Positions 33,720 through 42,708 of a DNA stretch of 42,906 nt are shown here, piece after piece. A program made the translations under genes and the position numbers. The notes under the pieces were generated by a model, which worked only from the letters and a program-made list of their open reading frames with translations, ran no database searches and was not told where the DNA came from. Every line of letters starts with the position of its first letter. The first letter of the stretch is position 1. The DNA comes from a virus: IMG/VR virus record IMGVR_UViG_3300027710_000002, positions 1 to 42,906 of that record, one strand, 5' to 3'.

Positions 33720-34253
33720 TTATTGTTTGTTAATTATACTTAAATACCAATTACTTTTTTTTAACCAGTTCCAAAGCCACCGCAATATTTCCCGGATCAT
33801 AAACCCGGCAAATAAAATAGAATACCAGGGATAAGCATCTTTATGCTTATCAGAATATCTGGTAACTGATTTATAAGTAGTTTGTGATTTATAAGTTACA
33901 TGAGACCAATAGGTAGTAATGATATTGGTTTCAATTTTTCTTACAACTTCTTTCTTTTCCGATTTCTTTTCAAAATTTAGTTCCGCATTCGTAGTTCCGT
34001 GAAAGAGCTGCCCATCTGAAGTAAAATTGAAAAATGAATTTTGCCCATTTACCGGTTTAACAGAAATATTGTATCCATCATTAACGATCCGGATTGAAGC
34101 ATTTTCAAAAGTCCGGATGTTCGAATTTCCTCCGGAAGATTCTTTAAGATCTGTTTTTTCAGTATCTTCAGAAGTTGAAGTCAATTTGTTTTTTTTCATT
34201 GATCCACATGAGATCAGTAAAAAACTAAGCAGCGCTGTTAAGATCGTTTTCAT
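33720..34253 (-). CDS. Unimolecular-spanin-like lipoprotein (177 aa)
   Basis: N-terminal lipobox LLISC plus a C-terminal hydrophobic helix YPWYSILFAGFMIREILRWLWNWL. Located between the holin and endolysin genes. Confidence 0.5.
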   Translation of the reverse strand: MKTILTALLSFLLISCGSMKKNKLTSTSEDTEKTDLKESSGGNSNIRTFENASIRIVNDGYNISVKPVNGQNSFFNFTSDGQLFHGTTNAELNFEKKSEKKEVVRKIETNIITTYWSHVTYKSQTTYKSVTRYSDKHKDAYPWYSILFAGFMIREILRWLWNWLKKSNWYLSIINKQ

Positions 34254-34791
34254 CGTTTAATTTTTCGATTTTTTTAATTTTCATGTTTAAAATTTTCGTC
34301 AGCGTAACAGCTGCGGGGATTTCCATTTTTGCCATATTTTCAGCGATGCTCAAAAGAATAAAGATTCCAATTGTGAGGACAAAAGTGTAGTGTATTGCTG
34401 CTACAGTTCCGACAGCCATGTCTTTTATCCATTCTGGAGTGATCGCTGAAGTTTCCAGTCCTCTCTTAAAAGTATTGGTAAGGAAGATCACGGAGAACAT
34501 CACAAATGGTTTAAAGATTCCTCTGAAGAACCGGTCACTTTCAAACTTTCCATCGAGATAGACAAGATTTGCGTACAGACCTACTAGCAGATCGATCAAA
34601 CTTCCGGCTGCAAAGAATACCCACAGCAACATCGAAATGCCACTGTGAGTTTCAATAAATCCCGAGAAGATTCCGAAAGTAAGTGAGCTTGCAAAAATAC
34701 TTCCGAATAATGGATGGTACTTTCCAAAAAAATCTTCAATATTCAGGAATCCCATTAGTTGAAGAATATATTTTATTGTTATGTTGTTCAT
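34225..34791 (-). CDS. Holin (phage_holin_4_1-like)
   Basis: Four hydrophobic helices and the C-terminal signature SIAENMAKMEIP. Confidence 0.65.
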   Translation of the reverse strand: MNNITIKYILQLMGFLNIEDFFGKYHPLFGSIFASSLTFGIFSGFIETHSGISMLLWVFFAAGSLIDLLVGLYANLVYLDGKFESDRFFRGIFKPFVMFSVIFLTNTFKRGLETSAITPEWIKDMAVGTVAAIHYTFVLTIGIFILLSIAENMAKMEIPAAVTLTKILNMKIKKIEKLNDENDLNSAA

Positions 34792-34797
34792 TTTAAA

Positions 34798-37584
34798 TTA
34801 TAATTTCCAAATAGAATCTAAATAAGTGATTCTTTGTGTTAATATCTCCATAATTCTGTCAGTATTGTGCAAACCTGTGTTTGTATAAGGAAAGGCATTG
34901 ACTCCCCAAAGTGTCAATTGATTTTTATAGTTTGTTTCCCCAATAGTTCCAGGAATCTCACTATATATCGAATAGAGATTGTTTAGATCGATAATTCCAA
35001 TATTCCTTAACTCTGTGTACCGTGTGCGTATACGTGAAAGTAACGCAGGATAAATCTTTGTGGGAAAAAAAGTACCTCGCCAATTCAATGCGCCGTTACC
35101 TCCATAGGCGCCGTTACCTAGACCCGCCGTGTTATCTAAATCCGTCACGCCAAGGCTCCATTTGCTTCCCCAGAAGAATAAGTTTAAATTGTTCATATAG
35201 TAGTCCCAATTACTCACGACCTGATTTAATATGATAACATCTACCCAATTCTCTATGTTAATTATGTTAGGGGCTGTTGCCTCGAAGTTTATAGACCCAT
35301 CATTAATACCTGTGCACCAATTAAAGAAATTGTTAATGTGACTCATTACAGTAGCATCGTTTATCACGCCGTTTTCCTGATAGCCTGAAATTTTTGGGCT
35401 TTTTAGCTCCCAATATTGAGGGTCAAAGCCTGTGTGTATTGAATACTCAACACTATTGGAATTAGCGAGATAGATATTTGTTTTTAGAGCGTCATTCATT
35501 CGGAAATTTCCGTTTTCTCTCCTTTGTCGCCATATATATAAGCCAAAGAAACTACCATTTCTGTTTAATTGGATTGGAAAACCTCTTAACGTCATGTTTG
35601 CGTCCTCGCCAAAATTAGACGTGTTGGAATCGCTTGTGGCATTGTATTGTGGGAAATCTGAAACTAAAGATTTCGGGAAAGGTCGAGATTTGAAAATCTG
35701 ACTTAACAAATTAGCCGCAGAAATATCTCTCGATACAATTACCGCATCACTTGAACCGTAGCCTTTTAAATGAAAGCTACTATCTAAATTCCAATCACCT
35801 ATTTTTATTTTAAGTGTCGAACCAGCATCATTTATAAATTTAACCGCATAATTTAGCTTATTAGCATTTACACTGCTACTGCCTTGTATCTTGCATTCGA
35901 TATTACATTTAAAAATAAGTACCGAGCCGTTATACATTTCTAAAACCATATCGGTTTTTGCGCGTGCAGGCGATATATCTGTCGGTAAAGTACCGATTAA
36001 ATTTACTACTGGTAAAAAATCTTTCGGTTTTTCAAGATAAATTACGGTCTGATTACCTATAGGCTTAACAGTACTTACGCTATTGATAGCGCTAAGTACA
36101 GAATCTTCCGATACTCCTACTTCTTTAATTAATTGAACTGAAGCGGTTGAGTTTTCAAAATTTTCAAAATTCGACCACCCTATTAAGGCTGTTTTTGAGT
36201 TAGGCGGCAGATCAAAAAATTCAGACGTGAAGGCGTGAGGTGCAGACGTGTGCTCGTTAGCTAATAAACTCACATAACTATTATCTGTTTTTTTAATTAA
36301 AATTGACGAATACAGGGAAGGATCTGCCGCGACTGCTCGAGCCGCCATATACTTTAATTTATCATACCCGACTACCGATATTTCAGAATATCTCGATTCT
36401 GTTCCAGCCTGTATAGTCCCATCGTTTTTTATAAATCCAAATTGAGTATTAGGTAAATTAACATTCTCAACGTCGTAACCTTTCGCAAAGCTATAAAGAA
36501 CATTATTCAAAGTCTCTAAGGATTGCAAATCAGCCGTTACTACTCTTTTAAATACATTTACTTTTCCGTAAACCTCCATCGAGATATTACCGTTTATTTC
36601 TGTGCCGGAGATATTGTAGTATCTCCCTCCCGTACCATCTTTGAAAAAAAGCGTAGCCGTAGAGTTTAAAGTGCTAAAACCTATTAGATCATTTGGCAAC
36701 ATATCAAAATCAACATCTATATCATTCCAACCTGCAACTAAAGATGTACTAATTATGTTTGATACCGCGTCATTTCGCATATAAGTAAACACTCCAGTAC
36801 CAGCACTTTGCGCTTTAAACCTAATTTTTAAAAGTTTTTCTAATTTTTCGGCTTTATATGTAAATACACTTACGCCGTCACCTGATGGGATGAATTGCGA
36901 AAAGTCAATACCTGTAAGGTCGTCAGAAAGTATATCCGTGCCAGTTTGAGGATATACTTCAGCTTTGTTATTAAATTCATCTTCACTAAAGTCTGTGCCG
37001 CCAATTTTGACCCATTTGTCACTTACGCCGGGTACATCGGTTGAAGTAGCCGTTTGACCATCGGTGACAATCCAGTGAATGTTATTGTCAATGCATTGTG
37101 TTCCCTCCAACGCAGGAAATAGTAAATCTTCAAAGAATGGTATATTTCCATCAGAGCCATTTTTCACTTCGAAAGTAGTTGATAGAGATCCATCAGTAAA
37201 GCTAATTGTATAAGTATCTATTAATCCTGCAGATGAAGTTTTTTGTATACTGTCAATTGATTTGAACGGAAACGAAATTTCAGATTTTTCCCAGTTAATT
37301 CCATCATACGACAAAATATTCAAGTTTTTAGGTTCGAAAATAAAACCTCCATTATTAGTATATTCACCAGCAGAAGCAATAAACCATCTACCTATTCCAG
37401 GAGTAACGGAGATTGTATCATTAGGATTTACCACTCCTCCATAGGATGAAGTAAGCTTCGTGTCGTCAGGAATAATATTAGCAATTGATGTCAAAATCAA
37501 ATTCATGACTTGACCGGTAATTTCTTGCACGCCATTTGTAGTTATATACTCGTTAATAGCTGCAATAAGTTGTTGTTTATCCAT
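34798..37584 (-). CDS. Large virion protein (928 aa) with a CotH-kinase-like C-terminal domain (about aa 515-928, nt 34798..36042)
   Basis: CotH-like blocks LPVVNL, KIQGSSSVNANKLNYAVKF, NRNGSFFGLYIW, SNWDYYMNNLNLFFW and VTDLDNTAG. The N-terminus resembles Bacteroidota phage fibre anchors. Confidence 0.65.
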   Translation of the reverse strand: MDKQQLIAAINEYITTNGVQEITGQVMNLILTSIANIIPDDTKLTSSYGGVVNPNDTISVTPGIGRWFIASAGEYTNNGGFIFEPKNLNILSYDGINWEKSEISFPFKSIDSIQKTSSAGLIDTYTISFTDGSLSTTFEVKNGSDGNIPFFEDLLFPALEGTQCIDNNIHWIVTDGQTATSTDVPGVSDKWVKIGGTDFSEDEFNNKAEVYPQTGTDILSDDLTGIDFSQFIPSGDGVSVFTYKAEKLEKLLKIRFKAQSAGTGVFTYMRNDAVSNIISTSLVAGWNDIDVDFDMLPNDLIGFSTLNSTATLFFKDGTGGRYYNISGTEINGNISMEVYGKVNVFKRVVTADLQSLETLNNVLYSFAKGYDVENVNLPNTQFGFIKNDGTIQAGTESRYSEISVVGYDKLKYMAARAVAADPSLYSSILIKKTDNSYVSLLANEHTSAPHAFTSEFFDLPPNSKTALIGWSNFENFENSTASVQLIKEVGVSEDSVLSAINSVSTVKPIGNQTVIYLEKPKDFLPVVNLIGTLPTDISPARAKTDMVLEMYNGSVLIFKCNIECKIQGSSSVNANKLNYAVKFINDAGSTLKIKIGDWNLDSSFHLKGYGSSDAVIVSRDISAANLLSQIFKSRPFPKSLVSDFPQYNATSDSNTSNFGEDANMTLRGFPIQLNRNGSFFGLYIWRQRRENGNFRMNDALKTNIYLANSNSVEYSIHTGFDPQYWELKSPKISGYQENGVINDATVMSHINNFFNWCTGINDGSINFEATAPNIINIENWVDVIILNQVVSNWDYYMNNLNLFFWGSKWSLGVTDLDNTAGLGNGAYGGNGALNWRGTFFPTKIYPALLSRIRTRYTELRNIGIIDLNNLYSIYSEIPGTIGETNYKNQLTLWGVNAFPYTNTGLHNTDRIMEILTQRITYLDSIWKL

Positions 37585-37586
37585 TT

Positions 37587-38171
37587 TTAAGGTGAGAGTT
37601 TATTTTTAAAAAAATCGTTGTTAAAATCGTTGTTGAAATCTCCAGGCTGAGCTAAATGATTAATTGATGAATTGTACAAAAAGACCGGTGAATTGCAATT
37701 TATACCAATAGCAGCTCCGGAAATATCTGCATACTTTTTTCCTGTACCTGTCTCAGATGTATCTATAAAAGCTCTATTGCGTCTGTGACCAATTTGCCAG
37801 TTCTGGCCAGATGTATCTTGAATAAAAAATACAAAAGGAATATTTTTTCCTCTTTCAAGAAATCCTAGAATTGCTGGTAAAAAACCTAATATATATATCG
37901 AAAGATTTGTTTTCGTCTTTTTTCGACCTGCATTTCCTGCGATCACAGCTTTTAATTCATTTTCGTCTATCAAAATATCTATGTAACTAAGCTTCCTGTT
38001 TTTTCGCATCAGAATCTCATCTTTTATAATTATTTCTGATTCAAAACTTCCTGAAGGAATAGGAAGTGGAGTAGTAAAAAAGAATTCTTCCGGAGCATAA
38101 AATAATTTACATTTTACTCCAGAATTGTATTCGCGTAAATACGAATATTTTATGTCTTGAAAGTTAACCAT
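37587..38171 (-). CDS. Virion structural protein candidate, paralogue of 5670..6248
   Basis: Shared IDENELK / GFxxRxKNxP / DTSGQNW / KKY blocks. Confidence 0.55.
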   Translation of the reverse strand: MVNFQDIKYSYLREYNSGVKCKLFYAPEEFFFTTPLPIPSGSFESEIIIKDEILMRKNRKLSYIDILIDENELKAVIAGNAGRKKTKTNLSIYILGFLPAILGFLERGKNIPFVFFIQDTSGQNWQIGHRRNRAFIDTSETGTGKKYADISGAAIGINCNSPVFLYNSSINHLAQPGDFNNDFNNDFFKNKLSP

Positions 38172-38179
38172 TACTCCAC

Positions 38180-38204
38180 AAAAAAACCGATATCTCTATC
38201 GGTT
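38180..38204 (-). terminator. Hairpin plus U7 immediately upstream of the 194-aa gene
   Basis: 8-bp stem AACCGATA/TATCGGTT with a 4-nt loop. Confidence 0.6.
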
Positions 38205-38216
38205 CAAAAGGACGTC

Positions 38217-39107
38217 TTATGTTAAATAAATTCCTGAAGATTTTGCCTGAATTTTACGATCTGCTATCGGTCCAGAATAACATGGAAATTCGTCAATATG
38301 ATTTTTTATGTAATCGGTGATCACTTTTACAGTTGAATCTCCAAGCTTTAAAAATTGTTTTCCGGACATCGCTTTCTCATCTAAGCTCAGAACCTGGGAT
38401 TTTTGCCATGGTAATTCCTCGTATTGTATTGCTACAGCATTTTGAAGAAAAACGAAATTAGGCAGTAATGAGGCATAGTAAAGTGAATAATAAACGTTCG
38501 CTTGTTTTAAAACTTTGTATAAATTAGGTTTTGTTTTAATCTGAGCTAAACAATCTGGCTGAATTTTATCTAAAATGTTTAGTGCATAGGCTTGTTCTAA
38601 AAAACTCTGCAGTAATGAAAAAACTTTTGGCGAATTTTTTATAGAATAAATATTTTCAAATTCATTGGGAGTTTTAATATCGCCAGAAACATTTTCAAAA
38701 AAAGGAATCCTCTGTTTTAACGCTTCTAAAAACGAAAGTTTAGTGATTGCTTCAGAAAATAATTTATCGGCAAATTTCAGCAACGACAAGCCCAAATCCC
38801 GAACGTCCCACCATGGTGCAGACTTTGTTTTATCTTCATTAATTAGTTGAACACCATAATTGGTGATATGAACTTTAATTTTTGGTATTGAAAAAACGAA
38901 AGAGTAGTGTGTAGCTGCTTTCGTAAGTAATCTGAAAATTTCTTTTTCCATTTCTAACTCAGATTCTTTTAAATCCAAATAAACATCAATTGGGATAATT
39001 TCAAATATTTCTCCAAATCCAAGTTCTTGATCAACGAGATCCCAATCAAAATTTTGTGGTAAAATAAAATAATTTTGAATCTCATCTTTTGAAATATAAT
39101 GTTCCAT
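38217..39107 (-). CDS. Hypothetical head/connector protein (296 aa)
   Basis: Follows the portal candidate. The ATG is preceded by copy B of the conserved 33-nt element. Confidence 0.5.
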   Translation of the reverse strand: MEHYISKDEIQNYFILPQNFDWDLVDQELGFGEIFEIIPIDVYLDLKESELEMEKEIFRLLTKAATHYSFVFSIPKIKVHITNYGVQLINEDKTKSAPWWDVRDLGLSLLKFADKLFSEAITKLSFLEALKQRIPFFENVSGDIKTPNEFENIYSIKNSPKVFSLLQSFLEQAYALNILDKIQPDCLAQIKTKPNLYKVLKQANVYYSLYYASLLPNFVFLQNAVAIQYEELPWQKSQVLSLDEKAMSGKQFLKLGDSTVKVITDYIKNHIDEFPCYSGPIADRKIQAKSSGIYLT

Positions 39108-39136
39108 ATTTTCGGCGCAGTTTTCTGCATAAGTTT
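39104..39136 (-). repeat. Conserved 33-nt 5'-UTR/start-codon element, copy B
   Basis: 29/33 identical to 9391..9423. Confidence 0.8.
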
Positions 39137-39140
39137 TTTG

Positions 39141-40472
39141 TTAATTAACTACTTTTTCTTGTCCGTTTTTATTTTTATCCAATGTGGTGAGATTGATGTT
39201 AGGAAATTTTCCAAAAACAGTAGGATCCCATGAGTTCCAAAACTTAATGTTTTCAAAAATCTGAAGCGTTCTGATTTGTTTGATTGGAAGTTTTGCGCAA
39301 AGAATTGTCCAGGCTTCACGTTTATCGGATCCGGAACCGGATAATGTCTTTCCTCCGAATGCTCCACCCGTGATAAGACACGGATCAACACCCATTGCTG
39401 TTAGAAGTTCATAGTTCGCTGCCGAACTGTCAAGAAGAAAATCTCCATTACCCTGAGGCTGCTTAATCTCATCGATCTGAATACCTTTAATCTCTTTTCC
39501 GTTTTCATCCCGAAAGAATGGAGAAATGATTGATTTTCCACCGCCTTTAGAACCTTTCAATTCAGAATCAATTAAGTCAACAAGTTCTTGACGTTTTTTT
39601 TGTTTTTCATCGGCGGAAAAAGCGTCCCAGTCTTCCTGATAAATGTGTTTAAAGTAATCGTCTGCAACATGAATCAGATATTTTACACTGAGTTGCTGCT
39701 CAAACATTGCTTTTTTAAAGGCAGGAATCGCCAGAACTACATCAACCCATCCATTTTTAAATGAAGCGTGCCATCCAACAGACGGATATGATTTTTCAAT
39801 TAAAAGAGTGTCGATAACAGGAATTGTAAATCTGACAATTCCTGTTAGTTTACAAAAAGTTTTGATTTCATCGATTGGAATATTTGCTCCAAAGCATGGA
39901 ATTACTGCAGTATTTTCTGCCTTGTAATTTCCCCAGTCAGTATTAACACCGATATTATTCATTACCCCATTATTGTCAGGAACCTGAAAACGAACTTCAG
40001 CAGCTTTTAATCTTCGTACTGAAATAATCTTATCTCCGTTAGGCGATAACAAATACTCCGGAAAAGCTATTCTAAACGTTTCATAATCTGTGACAATTTC
40101 AGAGTTAAATATGTCAAATTTTGTACGGTAATAAAAAGCGGAAATCTCTGGAAAAGAGCTCACTAATCTTTCTTTAAAAATTATTGCCTCCTCTGTTTCC
40201 TGACCTTGATACAATCTAAAGCCAGTGCCAAAGTGAGCTGCTGTCAAAACTTCAAGACCACCTACTGCAACGCCGGTCATTTTTAATTTTGCAGCGAACT
40301 CTTGCGGATACAAATTATTATCACCCCAGGGCAACCATTGATTATCAATAAGGCTTTCCGTATTGGTGATTTTAAGATTTGAATGTTGCGGTTCGCCTTT
40401 TACTTTATTAAAAAATATTGCCGTCTGATTAGAGCGCCCTCCAACGGAATAAATTCCCTGAGAAATTTCCAT
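39141..40472 (-). CDS. Portal protein candidate
   Basis: 443 aa, second gene downstream of terL. Assigned on size and position only. Confidence 0.55.
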   Translation of the reverse strand: MEISQGIYSVGGRSNQTAIFFNKVKGEPQHSNLKITNTESLIDNQWLPWGDNNLYPQEFAAKLKMTGVAVGGLEVLTAAHFGTGFRLYQGQETEEAIIFKERLVSSFPEISAFYYRTKFDIFNSEIVTDYETFRIAFPEYLLSPNGDKIISVRRLKAAEVRFQVPDNNGVMNNIGVNTDWGNYKAENTAVIPCFGANIPIDEIKTFCKLTGIVRFTIPVIDTLLIEKSYPSVGWHASFKNGWVDVVLAIPAFKKAMFEQQLSVKYLIHVADDYFKHIYQEDWDAFSADEKQKKRQELVDLIDSELKGSKGGGKSIISPFFRDENGKEIKGIQIDEIKQPQGNGDFLLDSSAANYELLTAMGVDPCLITGGAFGGKTLSGSGSDKREAWTILCAKLPIKQIRTLQIFENIKFWNSWDPTVFGKFPNINLTTLDKNKNGQEKVVN

Positions 40473-40474
40473 AG

Positions 40475-40837
40475 TTAAACGACATCAACGCCGTTGAATT
40501 TAATGATGAATAAAATGTGAATTTTCTTTATACCTTCATTCGTTTTAAGATTCCGGGTACGGTTTGCAAAATGATTAGGATTTTTAAAATCAGTATTTTG
40601 AGATAAGCGAATAAGCCCAGGCTTTTTTGGGGGTTGCATAAGTACAGCATTTTCATAAGTGATTAATCGACCACCGGATTTATTTTGACTGTTGTAGGTT
40701 CTGACAGTAATATCGAAAGGAATGGGATTTTTGTGTTCATCCAATTTCTTCATTTCCGTGAGAACATCACTCAAAAGCATCTCATTTTGCATACTGCGAA
40801 TATGAAGCTGCAGCATGACGAAATAAAGGACATACAT
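40475..40837 (-). CDS. Hypothetical protein (120 aa; alternative starts at 40816 and 40792)
   Basis: Coupled to the portal gene by a 2-nt gap. Confidence 0.5.
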   Translation of the reverse strand: MYVLYFVMLQLHIRSMQNEMLLSDVLTEMKKLDEHKNPIPFDITVRTYNSQNKSGGRLITYENAVLMQPPKKPGLIRLSQNTDFKNPNHFANRTRNLKTNEGIKKIHILFIIKFNGVDVV

Positions 40838-41094
40838 TCGTAGCGGTTTTTTACATATCCGTTTCTCATGCTAAAAAAAATAAGACGTTGAAATTCAGTT
40901 TTTTGACTTTTGAGATTAATCGTAATTTCTCATATTCTGAGGTTGACCCACACAGTCGCCTTATACCTTTCTACAATTGCAGTTTACGATTTTTACGAAA
41001 TATGCCAGGGCAAAATATTGAAAATACCCCTCACAGGTCGTATAAAGCCGATTTTGCTGAACACCTTAGTATTAAGTATCAGGGGTGCTTTGGT

Positions 41095-41122
41095 ATGTCA
41101 CCGACATCGATGCCGGTGACAT
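41095..41122. repeat. 28-bp near-perfect palindrome centred on ATCGAT
   Basis: ATGTCACCGACATCGATGCCGGTGACAT, with one mismatched pair. It abuts the terL terminator. Confidence 0.8.
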
Positions 41123-41144
41123 AAAAAAACCTGCATTGTGCAGG
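41123..41144 (-). terminator. Intrinsic terminator directly after terL
   Basis: GC-rich 5-bp stem CCTGC/GCAGG with a 5-nt loop and U7 on the minus strand. Confidence 0.65.
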
Positions 41145-41145
41145 C

Positions 41146-42708
41146 TTATTTTAGTATTAGGTTGGTAACAGGGAATGATGAATGTCTACGAAGGTCAATC
41201 AAATGCCAGAACTGCCAGAATAAACAGTAGTCAAGTGTATCACTGAAGTGAGTTGCATGTTCCTGAAGAGTAGTGGTGCTTCGCTCAGAGCCTTTATCTT
41301 TTTCAAATGCATCATTACCTTTCAGAGGTGCATTCTCCATTGAGATAATAAGGTTAGGACAGTTATCACTATTGATTCTTACAGATGGCAGCATCACATT
41401 TGTTTCAGATAAGATCGCATTGATAAGCTTATACTTGTCAGCATGAGCTGGGTTGTTTTTGTTTGGTGTTTTATTAATTACTTTCCATCCGGCCTTTCGT
41501 AGCTTATTCATAACATCCTCGGCCAATGTGGTCTTGGAGTTGGCCTCCTTCTTATTTCCATACTTATCGTAGTACATGTGGATTTCGTTACAGCTAGACT
41601 TATGATGTTCATAGTAGTCAATAAAGTCTTGCACTAACTCATCCAGGATATCCGGATTCTTCCGGAAGAATTCTTTGATGAAGTTGATCCGGTTCATAGA
41701 CTTAAGATACTGCGATACAGTAAGACAGTTAATCTTTCCTCCAAAGTCTAAGTTCACCTGCAATGGTTGACCACGGACTAGATCGTCATCATATCTTGAG
41801 CTAGGCTTGAATGTTTCAGTTAATTCCAGACCAACTAACTTGATATTATATTTGTAATTATAATAATGAATAGTCGGCTTCAGCTGAGCATAAAATCCAT
41901 CCTGCACACCAATCGGATCTATATTAAGAATCTCGGCTTTAAACAATGTTTTAGATAAAGCTTCTTTCTCCATATCATCAATCCAACCATCTTTCAAGTT
42001 CTGAGCATTGACATAAGCATTAGCTTTGATAAACAAATGTTTTTTCAGATGAACCGGAATATTGTTTCTGCATTCTTCCAGATGAAGTTTCTCTCTATGA
42101 TGGATCCACTCACCCCTTTTTGTCATTGGAACAGACGTTACAAATATTTGCGCGTGTAACATCGGTCTGTTTTCGAATATAGCCTTCTTTGCTCTGTTTG
42201 TAGTGATAACGTTATTGTAGAGACGCTCATAAGTTAGTAGCGCGGCTTCATCACCGATTACCCAATATGCATTGATACCACGCCCTGAATCTTTGTTGTC
42301 CAGTGATACCATAACTGCAATTGTACCATTGCTGAAGTGGATGACATTTCCCCATGAGTCTGGAGCCTGGAAGGGCATCTCGAATCCTAAGTCTTTACCA
42401 CATCGGCCTACAACGTAATCAATACCTTCGTACAGACCAAACATCTCCATTCCTTCTTTGGTAGATGGAAGAGTTCTTGTCTTGATCTGCACAAAGGTTT
42501 CACCCACAATTACGCCGGTTGAGCGCGGCAACCATTTTACTGCAGTCTTGATAGCATCTCCTAAAATTGTAGACTTTCCGGTTCCCCTGGCCGCCTTGAC
42601 CGTGATGTTTGGAATCTTGTAAGTGTTGATAGCAAGATCAACAGCTCCCTGCATTAAATTAAGTTCAATCTCCCGGATTGGAAGATTGTATTTTGAAAAA
42701 TTACTCAT
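41146..42708 (-). CDS. terL: Terminase large subunit
   Basis: Walker A AARGTGKST and Walker B-like WVIGDEAA. 520 aa, with the start overlapping the terS stop. Confidence 0.85.
   Translation of the reverse strand: MSNFSKYNLPIREIELNLMQGAVDLAINTYKIPNITVKAARGTGKSTILGDAIKTAVKWLPRSTGVIVGETFVQIKTRTLPSTKEGMEMFGLYEGIDYVVGRCGKDLGFEMPFQAPDSWGNVIHFSNGTIAVMVSLDNKDSGRGINAYWVIGDEAALLTYERLYNNVITTNRAKKAIFENRPMLHAQIFVTSVPMTKRGEWIHHREKLHLEECRNNIPVHLKKHLFIKANAYVNAQNLKDGWIDDMEKEALSKTLFKAEILNIDPIGVQDGFYAQLKPTIHYYNYKYNIKLVGLELTETFKPSSRYDDDLVRGQPLQVNLDFGGKINCLTVSQYLKSMNRINFIKEFFRKNPDILDELVQDFIDYYEHHKSSCNEIHMYYDKYGNKKEANSKTTLAEDVMNKLRKAGWKVINKTPNKNNPAHADKYKLINAILSETNVMLPSVRINSDNCPNLIISMENAPLKGNDAFEKDKGSERSTTTLQEHATHFSDTLDYCLFWQFWHLIDLRRHSSFPVTNLILK

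Noticed and set aside
33540-33743. 67-aa plus-strand ORF between the amidase and lipoprotein genes
   Set aside because: The minus strand of the same gap holds a cleaner 54-aa ATG ORF that fits the co-directional, tightly packed lysis cassette.
39149-39391. 80-aa minus-strand ORF nested in the portal gene (also 11426..11662 and 20498..20695)
   Set aside because: These are alternative-frame ORFs fully inside longer ORFs and have no independent support.
40888-41124. Two overlapping plus-strand ORFs (78 and 69 aa) in the terL-portal spacer
   Set aside because: The 40888 ORF starts with TTG, not ATG. The two ORFs overlap each other in different frames, lie opposite to all their neighbours, and run through the palindrome and terminator. 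I treat the region as non-coding.
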